Source: Octopus vulgaris (taxonomy: Eukaryota). Taken from it: a DNA stretch of 64,000 bases. Both the position numbers and the translations under genes were made by a program. The notes beneath the pieces were generated by a model, which saw only the letters and a program-made list of their open reading frames with translations, did no database searches and was not told the origin of the DNA. The DNA lies in the NCBI GenBank assembly GCA_951406725.2, contig OX597815.1:40982001-41046000 (forward strand), read 5' to 3'. Shown here one piece after another: positions 1 to 12,599 of this stretch (the stretch's first letter is position 1; each line of letters opens with the position of its first letter).

Positions 1-2563
1 ATGAAAGGCAAAAATGAATTAAAACACTGCGATTTGCTTCCTTGTGTATGATGTACTGAACAAACATATATCAATACAACAATGATTACAATGATAAATT
101 TTGTATAAAAACTGGATAGTTAATTTTGTATAACAAAAAATTATTATATTTAAAAAAATCGTAAAGTATTCTTACCTGTTTCTTTGATTTTGTTTTTCAC
201 AATTCTTTTGACTAGATTTCGATTATAGCCCATAGATAAAAGAGCCTTAACTGTAGGTGTTTCCATACATGATGCCTTAGATTTACGATTTTTCAACTTG
301 GGAGAGCCTAAAATATAAAAGGAAATTATTAAAATGTTTCTAAAAATGTTCTAAATTTTATTTTTCAATTTAAAGTAATCTTTGACTATTTCCTAGTGTA
401 ATTTTTATCTTTTTGTTTCTGTTCATGCAGCATCATCATTTTCCAAAAAGGGTACACTGGTGCAGTATCTGATTGTTTTCTCAAGGCAGATATGAGGCCT
501 AGTGTGTAAAAGGCTTAGAAATGGGAACTGCATAGATTTGGTTTTTTTTTCCTTGGCTTCAAAACCTAAGTGACTCAACAAAATATATACAAACTTTAAA
601 TTAGCCAATGATAAATTTTGATCACTAATTTTGACACTGAAATATTATCTATATGTTTGCTTTACAAATGATATGTTTTGTCTGATTTAAAGTTCTATAT
701 TTGCCACATATATAATGAAACATATCTTCATTATTTTTATTGAATTTGCTCATCATGCTCTATTCTTGAAAAATGTTAACAGATAAACATGTATACTAGA
801 AAAAAAGAAATGAGTCAATCATGGAAAACGTAATTACTTAATATGCATACTGTAATTATGAAATGATATAATCTTACATGATATTCTTTGTGAAAAACTG
901 TGATGTGATGGTAAAAAAAAATCAATATCTTTTTGCAAATTTAATGAACTTCATTACATATAAATCACCAGAAAATAATTAAACATCTTGCATAATATCA
1001 TTTTTGGCAACTTTGTTGGCACATGCAGAAAGTTTCCTCATGCTTTCTATAATTTTGTGAATGGCTAACTTATACATTCAATTGCTTTTAATTTCTTGTA
1101 ATGTGCTGATGATTTTTTCACAATTTTGTGATATTGCAGCATTTCCTGCTCTCAGTGTCAACTGATAGTTGACATTTGCACAGCTGAGGGAAAATATTTT
1201 GCAAACTGGGCCGCGGATGCATCTCTATTAAATGTAACTTCCATATTGGTAGAAAGATATAGGGACGTTTCCTCTCTTAACCCTAACCCTTATTATAAAA
1301 GATATTTTGATAAGATCTTGTTAATGCTTCAATGATGCTGTCTAGTGATTATTAGAGCTTCTAGTTTAATTTAATTTTTTTATTGTCCAAATTCTTTCAT
1401 TATAAAAAATCATCTGTTTTGTTAAAAATAACATTTTCTTAAATGTAAGAATGTATGAAAATGATTGTATGAACAACATACTTTCCCTTATAAATAGCAA
1501 ATAACTTACTTGAAGTTAGGTTATCTGATGTCCTGTTATCTTCCATATCGTAATATCTACCAATTGCATCAATTTCAGGAGAATCGAAATCTGATCGAAC
1601 TTGTGAAGATTCCTTTAAGAGAAGAATGTAATTTCAACAAATTTATATTCTAGTAATGCTGAGTGTACACAGAAGCATACACTTCTACATATAATTAAGT
1701 GTGGATTAACAAACATTAAGTATATTGTAGCTTGTATTTAACTATATGTTCATGCAGAAGATATCCTTGGACAAACTGCCAAACATTATTATTTTAAATT
1801 GTCTTACCAAAGAATAATTTTCACAAAAAAACTATATCTTTTCAAAGTCATTCTAAATTCAGGTATGTAAGAATTAGATAATACTTTTCTGATGGGCACT
1901 AATACCACCAAAACATGCATAGAGTTGTCACTATAATTACCAAAAAAACTCAGAGAAGACAGTTTTTGTATGTGGAAGGAAGATGCATAGGATCCATAAA
2001 AACTTTAGAGATTCGAGAAATTGATTCTCTCAAATATGCCCTAGTGGTTCATTAGAGGTATATCTTGGGGACCAAATTAGTAGTGGAAGAGGATGTACAG
2101 AGAGTATGATAGCAGAATAAGAATAGGATGGAGGAAATTTAGAGAGCTATTACTTCTGTTGGCTATATCAGGGTTCTGTATCTTCTGAGAGACTTTTGTA
2201 TTGTCTGCATAGCTAGCAAGGGTCGCTACTTCAATAGCTGAGGGCATGTCGGAAAGGGCCATAACAGTGGGCTGTGGAAAACCACTGATTATTATTTGTG
2301 TTTTCTTGCAGGTGGCCCCATTGACCATCTCTACCTGACTTCTATCTTTTAGAAAGTCATGTAGCCATTCTCCAAGTTTTCCAAATATGCCACGATTTTG
2401 GAGCTTGTAACAAATCATACTATGGTTGACTTTATCAAAGGCTTTTGCAAAGTCGAGGTATATCATGTCCACATTTGAGTTGTTGAGCAGCTGCTTTAGC
2501 ACCCAGTCATAATGCTGCAAGAGCTGTGTCAGGCAGCTTCTACCTGGTTGGAAACCATGCTGG
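1..2563 (-). other. Near-identical segmental duplicate of IAP interval 35416-37977, including copies of exon 3 (1510-1612) and exon 4 (176-307); continues beyond the left edge
   Basis: Base-by-base match at offset 35415/35414 with about 6-7 differences seen. Identical ORFs at 423..608 and 35838..36023. Splice sites intact. Confidence 0.93.
2146..2563 (-). mobile_element. Duplicated copy of the CR1 RT fragment, cut by the duplication breakpoint
   Basis: Near-identical to 37560-37977. Similarity stops at gaaaccatgctgg (2563). Confidence 0.85.
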
Positions 2564-3144
2564 CCACTTGGAACCCTTCTCCAACGATGTGAAGATGATT
2601 TAGCAAAACTATTTGGGTAAAAGTGGAAGAGTCCATTGTTAAGTATAACAACACCCGATAGTCTGGTCGATACATGATAATGCCAAAAGAATCTATATGA
2701 ACCGGTTACATTATGCAAACAATATTACAAAGGAAAATAAGAATCACAAGAGAAAATTCTTACAAATTTTAGGCGAAAGAAAGCAACAACTGTAATTTTC
2801 ACAAACTGCACAAAACTATGAGGTATATAGAAACAGTAGTAGACTTGTCCGAGAGTATGCTGAAGTTTCGGAGTACCGGCTGCTTACACAAGCTTTTGAG
2901 TGAATGAAACAGGAAACTTCTTACTTGTTTATATACATACGTAAACACTAATTTTGTGATAGTGGGAAAGTTCACTTCTCTATACATAACTTCGAGAGAG
3001 AAGGTGTGTGAGAGAGAGATAGAGAGAAAGAAATGCGTTACGCTATTATTCTCTCTCTCTCTCAGTCAAGTACGCACTCGAAATAGATATGAGGAAAAAT
3101 TTTTTTTAAATATGTATGTCGTCACAATCTTCCACTCTCACATG

Positions 3145-3182
3145 CACACATACATACAAACTTACACACACACTTACACACA

Positions 3183-3267
<85 letters not shown>

Positions 3268-3268
3268 G
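3145..3268. repeat. (CA)n/(TA)n microsatellite
   Basis: Directly visible. Confidence 0.95.
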
Positions 3269-3365
3269 TATTATTGATATATATATCGTCTTCTAAGAGT
3301 TATACGTTCTTGTCCATGTTGTATTTTTCTACATACCTTAACTTAATATATATATATATATATGT

Positions 3366-3760
3366 AGGAGTGGCTGTGTGGTAAGTAGCTTACTTACGAA
3401 CCGGGTTCAGTCACACTGCGTGGAACCTTGGGCAAGTGTCTTCTACTATAGGGGCCGACCAAAGCCTTGTGAGTGGATTTGGTAGACGGAAACTGAAAGA
3501 AGCCTGTTGTATATATGTATGCGTGTGTGTATGTTTGTGTGTCTGTGTTTGCCCCCCCCCCCCCCCCAACGTCGCTTGACAACCGATGCTGGTGTGTTTA
3601 CGTCCCCGTAACTTAGTGGTTCGGCAAAGGAGACCGATAGAATAAGTACTAGGCTTACAAAAATAAGTCCTGGGGTCGATTTGCTTGACTAAAGGCGGTG
3701 ATCCAGCATGGCCACAGTCAAATGACTGAAACAAGTAAAAGAGTCAAGAGAGTAAAAGTA
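3366..3760 (+). mobile_element. tRNA-derived SINE (family A)
   Basis: Pol III-like head (gtggctgtgtggtaag...gggttcagtc), internal (TG)n, agagta-type tail. Near-identical copies at 14880, 24626 and 53760. Confidence 0.85.
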
Positions 3761-3889
3761 AACCCTCAGGCCTTCAAGCAGGCTATCCACATGCTAGAAA
3801 TAACAGCCAAATCTCACAAAACTGCGACAACATAATATAATCAATCTACACACCTTCTTGCAAAGATTTCGGAAAGGTTTTCTCCTGTC

Positions 3890-4640
3890 CTCACCATTTC
3901 CTCCCAATTTCTTTTGCTCAAAACCCCCGTTTTCGGATACGGATATTCCGGAAAATTACCAAAAATTGGCGTATTGTTAATTTCGTCCTCCACCATTCCC
4001 TCCAATTTCTTCATTTTTGATTTTTTTCCCTAACCCTAACCCTAACTACAAAAATTTTTCGAAATATTCTTCAAAATCATAATCTCCGTATTTTTCCGCA
4101 TATTTTGAAAAAAAAAAAAAATTCTGAAAAAAGTAGCCGTACACAGCGAGGGGACGGAGAAGTGTAATTTTTAGAAAGACTTCCGCCCATTCCCCTACCC
4201 CAATATTCTCCCAAATTTGTTTATTTTGTAATTTTTTTTGCCAAAAATCCCCGTTTTCGGATACGGAGGTTCTGGAAAATTCCCCAAAATCGGCATTGTG
4301 AAATTTTTTCCCCACCTTTCCCCCCCCCCTCAACTTCTTCAATTTTGACTTTTTTTCCCCCAAAACTAACCCTAAAACCCGAACCATAACACTCTTACCC
4401 CAACCCTAATCGTAACCCTAAAACCATAACCCTAAAACCATAACCCTAATCCTAACCCTAAAAACCTAACCCTAACCCTAAAACCTTAACCTTAACCCTA
4501 ACTCTAAAACCGTAACCGTAAGTACAGAAATGTTTCGAAATTTTTGTCCGAATCATGATGTCCGTATTTTCCCGCATTTTTAGTAAAAGAAAATTCTTAA
4601 AAAAAAAAATTTCCAAAGATTTCAGACTCATAATCTCCCT
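3890..4640. repeat. Degenerate direct-repeat block with telomere-like TAACCC arrays
   Basis: cccgttttcggatacgga...ggaaaatt occurs at about 3925 and about 4250. Variant (TAACCC/TAAAACCC) array at 4365-4520. Confidence 0.6.
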
Positions 4641-4644
4641 ATTT

Positions 4645-5080
4645 GGATCTTTTCGGTTTGAACGGCAGCTTTTAACATAAATTCTAGGTAACTAAAAAAT
4701 TTTAAACTTCGTATACTGGTAGAATGTGTTTATAAAACATCATTTTCTCTTGGCTTTCTTGAGAAAATTCTATAGTTTGTAACATATTTCGTCTTTAATT
4801 TCTTGCATTTCGGCAATTTTAACCAATCAATTACCTCCATTGACATAAATAACATTCTGTGCATAATGAATATGTCCCTCCTTTAAGAAGGGACATATTG
4901 GGTTTATTTACATTTATGAAGAAAAAAAGATACCCTTCCTCCCATCCCTAACCCTAACCCTAACTAACCCTAAATGTAAAATAGATTGAAATGCAATAGA
5001 TCGATACTCGGGTCATAATTATGGGTGACAATTTCATATGATACCACTAGAAAAAACTGCCGTTCAAACCAAAAAGATCT
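4645..5080. mobile_element. MITE with about 28-bp GGATC-type TIRs and internal (TAACCC)n
   Basis: 5' ggatcttttcggtttgaacggcag / 3' ctgccgttcaaaccaaaaagatct. Related partial copy at 7131-7506. No TSD recognisable at this copy. Confidence 0.75.
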
Positions 5081-6975
5081 TAAAACAAAACAATGTGAAA
5101 ACATTGCGGGAAATTCCCATATTACTGGGGCTGGTGGGTAATTGAAATCTTGAAAATGCAATTTTTTGAAATCTTATTTGGCATAACTTCAGCGTAAGTA
5201 CCGGAAGTACCGGATACATTTCAAGAAAGTTTTTTTTTTTTATATATGGGGGGTTAGGATTAGGGTTAGGGTTAGGGTTAGGGGTGGGAGAAAAAGGTTT
5301 CTGTTATCTTCAGAAATGTAAACAAAGTCACGTGTGGGATCTTTTCCTTTTGATGGACGGAATTTCTAGTTAACTAAACAATTTGAAACTTCGTATACTG
5401 GTAGAATGTGTCAAAAGAAAACATTATTTTCACTTGGCTTTTTTGAGAAAATTGTAATTTGTAAGTTTAACGTAGTTTAATTCTTCGAATTTTAACCAAT
5501 GAAAAGATCCCACGTGTGTACCTATACCGAAGGATCACCACTTATTTTTCAGAATTGGATTCTCCTTAACCAAAAACGTGGGATTCCATTAAAAAAAATC
5601 AGTATATATATATATACATTTTACCGGAAGTTATGACGTAAAAATCGGATCTTATGAATTTTTCGAAAGTCTCCCTCCCCACCCACTCCCAGGGTCGTCA
5701 GTTCGCATTTTTTTCATATTCGTTTTCCACATAGTTGCTTACGCCCATGAGACTGGTTAATTTTTTTTTCTTTTGTTCCCGGGTGAGGGATTGACTGATT
5801 TCTCTGGCTAATATATGTACAGTATATCACGGGTTTCTGATTTTAATTATTTCTGTAGTAAAATAAGCATTTTCACTCTTAAAAATTAATAAAATAAAAA
5901 ATAAAAATACAGTACAGTACTGCATTGTATGACACATTAATTAAAGTATATTAAAGTATATCCCTAACCCTAACCCTAACTAACCCTAAATGTAAAATAG
6001 ATTGAAATGCAATAGATCGATACTCGGGTCATAATTATGGGTGACAATTTCATATGATACCACTAGAAAAAACTGCCGTTCAAACCAAAAAGATCTTAAA
6101 ACAAAACAATGTGAAAACATTGCGGGAAATTCCCATATTACTGGGGCTGGTGGGTAATTGAAATCTTGAAAATGCAATTTTTTGAAATCTTATTTGGCAT
6201 AACTTCAGCGTAAGTACCGGAAGTACCGGATACATTTCAAGAAAGTTTTTTTTTTTTTATATATGGGGGGTTAGGATTAGGGTTAGGATTAGGGTTAGGG
6301 GTGGGAGAAAAGGGTTTCTGTTATCTTCAGAAATGTAAACAAAGTCACGTGTGGGATCTTTTCCTTTTGATGGACGGAATTTCTAGTTAACTAAACAATT
6401 TGAAACTTCGTATACTGGTAGAATGTGTCAAAAGAAAACATTATTTTCACTTGGCTTTTTTTGAGAAAATTGTAATTTGTAAGTTTAACGTAGTTTAATT
6501 CTTCAAATTTTAACCAATGAAAAGATCCCACGTGTGTACCTATACCGAAGGATCACCACTTATTTTTCAGAATTGGATTCTCCTTAACCAAAAACGTGGG
6601 ATTCCATTAAAAAAAATCAGTATATATATATATATACATTTTACCGGAAGTTATGACGTAAAAATCGGATCTTATGAATTTTTCGAAAGTCTCCCTCCCC
6701 ACCCACTCCCAGGGTCGTCAGTTCGCATTTTTTTCATATTCGTTTTCCACATAGTTGCTTACGCCCATGAGACTGGTTAATTTTTTTTTCTTTTGTTCCC
6801 GGGTGAGGGATTGACTGATTTCTCTGGCTAATATATGTACAGTATATCACGGGTTTCTGATTTTAATTATTTCTGTAGTAAAATAAGCATTTTCACTCTT
6901 AAAAATTAATAAAATAAAAAATAAAAATACAGTACAGTACTGCATTGTATGACACATTAATTAAAGTATATTAAA
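4946..6975. repeat. Tandem duplication, unit about 1016 bp
   Basis: 4946-5961 repeated at 5962-6975 (identical ORFs 4970..5161 and 5986..6177), with few differences. Confidence 0.9.
5337..5510. mobile_element. Short GGATC-ended MITE nested in another MITE, 8-bp TSD CACGTGTG
   Basis: cacgtgtg-GGATCTTTTC...GAAAAGATCC-cacgtgtg. The empty site is seen in the related host element at about 52565 (cacgcatg). Confidence 0.85.
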
Positions 6976-7130
6976 AGAAAATACGTAGTGTACCGTAGAT
7001 GCGTAAACAAAGAATCGCACATACTGTATGGAAAATGAAACTCAGGAGGCGAGTGTGTGGTGTTGTTTTGCATTCATAATAAAATAAATAAATACAAATT
7101 ATAATAATAATAAATATACAGTGCAATAAT

Positions 7131-7506
7131 GGGTAACTAAAAAATTTTAAGCTTCGTATACTGGTAGAATGTGTTTATAAAACATCTTTTTCTCTTGGCT
7201 TTATTGAGAAAATTCTATGGTTTGTAAGATATTTGTTGCTTTTTTTCTTCAATTTCTGCAATTTCAACCAATCACTGATGTCTATTGAGGTAAAAAACAT
7301 TCTGTGCCGTATGAATATGTTCCTCGTTTAAGAAACAGATTGGGTTTATTTACATTTGTGAAGAAAAAAAGATACCCTTCCCCCCATCCCTAACCCTAAC
7401 CCTAAAACAGATTGAAATGCAATAGATCGATACTAGGGTCATAATTATGGGTGACAATTTCATATGGCACCGCTAGAAAAAACTGCCGTTCAAACCGAAA
7501 AGATCC
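7131..7506. mobile_element. 5'-truncated GGATC-family MITE with (TAACCC)n
   Basis: Collinear with 4687-5080; ends ctgccgttcaaaccgaaaagatcc. Confidence 0.75.
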
Positions 7507-9329
7507 CAATACTGTTGCTACTTCACGGATTGTCTCCTATCGCAGTGGATTTTGCAACGTAACACTCGCTATATTTGAGGAATTATTCTACTTCCGAGGT
7601 GACGGAATTGTTACAGCATCAGAAAAAAAAAACAAAAAAAAAATCTTTGCAAGTATGCTTTCCAACTCTTTATGTTCTGAGTTCAAATCCCATTGCAGTT
7701 AACTTTGCTTTTCAGCTTTCCAGGATGAATAAAATAAATTACCTGTCAAGTACTGATGGCGATGTAATCAACTAGTCCCCAGCCCTCAAAATTGCTGACT
7801 TTCAGTTTAAAACAAAAAACATAATTTTTTGCATTGTCAGCTCTAATGGAGTTCACAGGTAGTCAGTGAAACGACTACACCTTAGTCACAGATATGTTTT
7901 TGAGCTGTTCCCAATTAGAGGACAAGGTGGAAGAAATAGTAATAAGAAGACCGAAAAAGAGTTTAGGTCCTCAGCTTTTACTAACTGGTCTGTGGTAATG
8001 ACTCTACAACTGAAACTTGTACTAACAATTCGAGATGAATTGCCTAAAACAATGGTTCTCAACTAGTTTTTGTCTATGGATCATTTTGATTCTTATCTTA
8101 TTCTATGGACCCTTGTTGCCATTCGGTGTTTAAAAAGATCCTATTGTATTTTTATAATTAAATATTGGGAATCGTATAAAAAAACCATGGGGGATTCAGG
8201 GCACTTCAAATTTGGTGGGCCTCTCATCTTGGCAAACTAGTCAATTATAACCTGAAAAGCCATGTATTGCATGTAATGAATTTGATGTGTTAGCAGAGAA
8301 AGGTTAAAATAAACAAAAAAAAAAACAAGTGAAAATATCGCTTTATAGATACACTTTTCAAAATTCAAATTTTTTCTCTCACACATCCATTAGCAGTGTT
8401 TGGCTTTTCATTCACTGTGAAAAAAGTACAATGAAGGAGGGAAGACAAGATAAGATATTTTTCTCTAATGCAAGTTACATATGTTTCAGAATGTAGAATA
8501 TGATAAAATGACAGAAAATTATGAAAAAGGGGAGTATATCATTTTAGTGGCTGCTGCTGTTCCAAAGGCTCAATGAGGTGTTGGGGGAGACAAACATTTA
8601 AAACAGATGGATTAAAAAAAAATTTGTTTTAAAAAAGCCTCTTTTCATTGTTTTGCAATATATGAAAGAAAGGGGAAATCCAGATAAAAACTGAAAATAT
8701 CAACATATATGACAACTATTCTAAAAGTCTGCTTTTCCAGTTTCTTGTAAGGAGTGGTGAGGCACAATGAATAATATTTACTGTATTTCTGACTTAGAGA
8801 AAGATAAAAAAAAATTCTGCTGTGGATGACTTTGCCTTTCGTCTTTATGGAGGTTAATAAAATAAGTACCAGCTGAACACTGGGGTTGATGTAACTGACT
8901 TATTCTCATCTTGTGAAGTTGCTGGCCTTATGACTAAATTTGAAACCAATATTTTGGGAGGAAAATTTCTTCGTAAAAGGAAATTCTTTTATATTTTAGA
9001 TATAAGGCTGTTGAAAACAACACCTGTAGTATTTAATTATGTATTGTACACAGAAATATGGTACATTTTCTGCATTATGTTGTTTGTTTATGTCCCCATA
9101 ACTTAGCTATTGAACAAAAGATTCTGATAGAACAAGTATCAATTTCTACAGTATCAAGTCTAGAAGATTCCCCCCAAGATAGAAAAACCCAGAAGCCTTT
9201 GAAGTGAACCACTTGAGCATTATCTCCAAACTCAAATTCTCTTAGTCCTCTAACCCTTTCCAGTGCAAGCTTCCTTAAGAATTCAAATAGGACTTTACTT
9301 TTATCTGATACAACTAAAATCCTTTATAG

Positions 9330-12158
9330 CATAGATAGCAAGCAGGGTACAAATTGTTGTCCTTAAATGCTCGCAGTTTATGCAACAAAATACATTTGTT
9401 CAACTCCTACGTCAGAAGTATTGACCCTGACTTCATCACTGTCACGGAAACATGGGCACATTCCTTACTCTGTGATGGGGTTTTCAACATTACTGGGTAC
9501 AATCTCTTCTGCAAGGACCGCATTAACCGCCGTAGTGGTGGTGTGATGGTCTACGTTCGTTCAAATTTTTCGGTAATTCCTTGTACTGATTTGAACGAAT
9601 CACAAGAAGAAGTGACGTACGTATGACCATGTCAACACTTCTGCTTGGCGTTGTTTATCGTCCCCCAAATTACCATCAAGACACACAGCTATGCGATATC
9701 CTCCGAGCTGCTGCCAGGAAAACAGCCACTTATGTTTTTATTGCAGGCGATTTCAATCATCCTGAGATCAATTGGGAAACCTTCCATTGGCCACAGAGCG
9801 CAAAGGATTTCGTTGAGCTTGTACTGGATTCAAACTGGTCACAAGTAGTCACCTCTCCAACAAGAGGCGACAACACCTTGGACCTGCTCTTCACCACAAC
9901 TCCTGAAGTGGTTATCAATTATACTACGGAGGAACCTCTAGGCGACTCTGATAATGCTATGATCATCGCCAATCTGGCTCTTGCGGGCAACAACAAAAAC
10001 CTGAACCATCTCCAATCTGCTTCCTTCGATTGGAACCTGTACCACACTGAATTACAGCACCCAAACATGAATTCTACAACTCTGGAGATGTGAATACTAT
10101 ACTCCAGAGTATCCTGGACTCAATATGGACAGCATGTGCAGCATCAGTGCCACGTAAACAGAAAAAGAAGAACTGCCCCAAAAGTGCAATTTGGGAAACT
10201 TCAGCGGTTCGACTTGCCAGGAAGGAATGTCGGACTGCTGAACGGGAATACAAGTTGCATAAATCAGACACCAACAGGAAAAAGCGGAATAAATCTTCCA
10301 ACCATCTCAAGCAAGTGACAAAAAGCAGTGCTTGAATTTGAACAGTGCATAGCAGCCAATCCTGACAGCAAGGTTTTCTGGAAATATGTGCATTCGAAGC
10401 AGAGACCTCACTCTCCAGTGGGCCCTCTTCACAACCCTCACACAAACCAGATCACTGATGATCCCAAGGAATGCACAGAACTCATTGCCGAGTGCTACGC
10501 AAACATATTCACTGTTGAAAATTAAAATGTACCATCTTCACCATCTCTAACAGCAAATTCCATAACAACTATGGAATTTACACCTGCAATGCTGCGATGT
10601 CACCTTCAAAATAAGTGCAACTATGCCTCCCCTGGTCTTGATGGAGTTATATACCTGCTTCTCAAATGTGGCAGGTACTTCCTTTTACACCAGCTTTCTA
10701 TTTTTTTCCAGTACTGTCTCAACAATGGTGCTACTCTGGAGCAGTGGAAAACTGCCAGTGTCATTCCTCTGTTCAAAAAGGGCGACCGCACATCACCTGT
10801 CAACTATCGCCCAGTCAGTCTCACTAGCTGTATTGCAAAACTGATGGAATCGTGTGTCAGAGAAACACTTTGGAACTTCTGGAGCTCTCACAGTCTCATC
10901 CGACCCTCACAATATGGATTTGTCCCTAACTCCAGCTGCAGTGATCAGCTTGTCGAGTTCCTTGAGGACATTACTCAGATCACTGACAGTGGCTCATGGG
11001 TGGATGTTGTCTACCTTGACTTTGCTAAGGCTTTCAACTCTGTGCCACACAAAAGACTTATGGTGAAACTCTCTGCAATGGGTGTGAGGGATGATCTTTT
11101 TTAACTGGTTGAAATCCTTCATTCTCAGCCGAAAGGAGGTAGTCACAGTTCTAGGACAGCATTCTACACCATATGAGATGTCATTGGGTGTACCACAGGG
11201 ATCTGTCCTTGGTCCCCTCTTGTTTGTGGCATACATTAATGACATAGATGCCAATTTAAAGAATGCCACAGTATTGAAATATGCAGACGACATCAAGCTG
11301 TACCTTGAAATCAAGAGGACAGATCCTGTTGTCTACAGCTCTTTTCTGCAATCAGACCTGGACACAATGCAGCAATGGATCTCAGACTGGCAACTGAAAC
11401 TGGCTGTGGACAAGTGTACCATCATGCATTTTGGGAGAAAAAACCCTGCGTCCACATACTCCCTCCACAACACTGATATCAAGAAATCCTCTTGCGAGCG
11501 TGACCTAGGCATCACTGTCAGCAGTGATTTGCGTTGGACAAAGCATATCTCTAAAACTGTCAAGAAGGCCGAGGGTGTCTTGGCATCACTCAGCAAGACT
11601 TTTGTTAGCCGCTCTCCAGCCATCTATTTAAAACTGTATACAGCTATGGTACGACCACACTTGGAATTTGCATCATCAGTTTGGAACCCCTATCTTGCTC
11701 AGAACATTGACCTCCTGGAATCTGTTCAGAGACGTGCAACCAAACGCATACCCTCCATCAGACACCTACCATACTCTGAGCGCCTTGTTTCCCTGGGCAT
11801 GGATTCACTGAAGCTCTGGCGTCTGGCGACGGACTTGGTAAACACCCACAAATTTATCAACCACCTCACCAACAACAACACAGAACACCTTTTTGATCTC
11901 CATGTGTCTAACACACGTGGACATGCCTACAAAGTCAGAAAACAACACAGCTCCCATGACTTTCGGAAAACATTTTTTCACGCTCAGAGTTGCTGAAGCA
12001 TGGAACAAACTGCCTGCGTCAGTTGTTGACTGCCATGACACTGCATCCTTTAAGGCCCTCATGCTTTCCGAAATCCGCCGAAACTAGACCTGATTATACA
12101 TACACTTTAGATGAGTTGTAGTGCACCTGGGCACTGTACACAATGTTTTTATTATTAT
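9330..12158 (+). mobile_element. CR1-clade LINE, near-complete ORF2 (APE endonuclease + RT) with frameshifts and stops
   Basis: LNARSL, VTETW, GVVYRPP, GDFN, LDLLF (APE); YRPVSLTS, VVYLDFAKAF, GVPQGSVLGPLLF, YADD, RPHLEFA (RT), spread over ORFs 9354-12087. Ends in a (TTA)n-like tail. Confidence 0.93.
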
Positions 12159-12599
12159 AGCAAAACATGATAGACATTTTGGAATGGAATTAAACAGAGC
12201 CATAAGAGGTTTCCCTGCTCAAACACATGATAACATTAATAATGAGGTCAGCTACATAGCATTTTAGATATACTACCCAGAGTAGCTAAGAGAAATGCTG
12301 CTGTAACTATTTAAGATCATTTCCAACTTCCAACTTCCTATTTCACATCCATCAACCACTTGGTATGTAGAAAAAGGTGTTGGTAGAAGTTCCTTTCTGT
12401 GTTCTCAGTGCAATCTATGAACACATAAGAGGTGCATTAGTCTCACAGGAAGGTTAACAGAGAAATTGTGTGGCAGATGTGCATATACATCTAATACCTA
12501 TTTTCCTATCTTTGATCTCATTGTTTATATAGACATATTCATATACAAAAGATGTCTAAACTTTTAGTTCTGGCTCTACTTTAGAAAATTATTAAATAG

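Noticed and set aside
423-608. 61-aa ORF present twice (also 35838..36023)
   Set aside because: Intronic sequence copied by the segmental duplication; no domain or exon support.
2077-2718. 213-aa ORF with RT similarity and a novel N-terminus
   Set aside because: Chance read-through across the duplication breakpoint at 2563 into a decayed CR1 fragment; the catalytic YADD is YADN and the flanks are missing.
3366-3440. tRNA genes at SINE heads (also about 14790-14858)
   Set aside because: Only A/B-box-like remnants with no complete cloverleaf, followed by repeat bodies.
4365-4520. TAACCC arrays as a true telomere or chromosome fusion site
   Set aside because: Short, degenerate and internal; similar tracts recur inside MITEs throughout the window.
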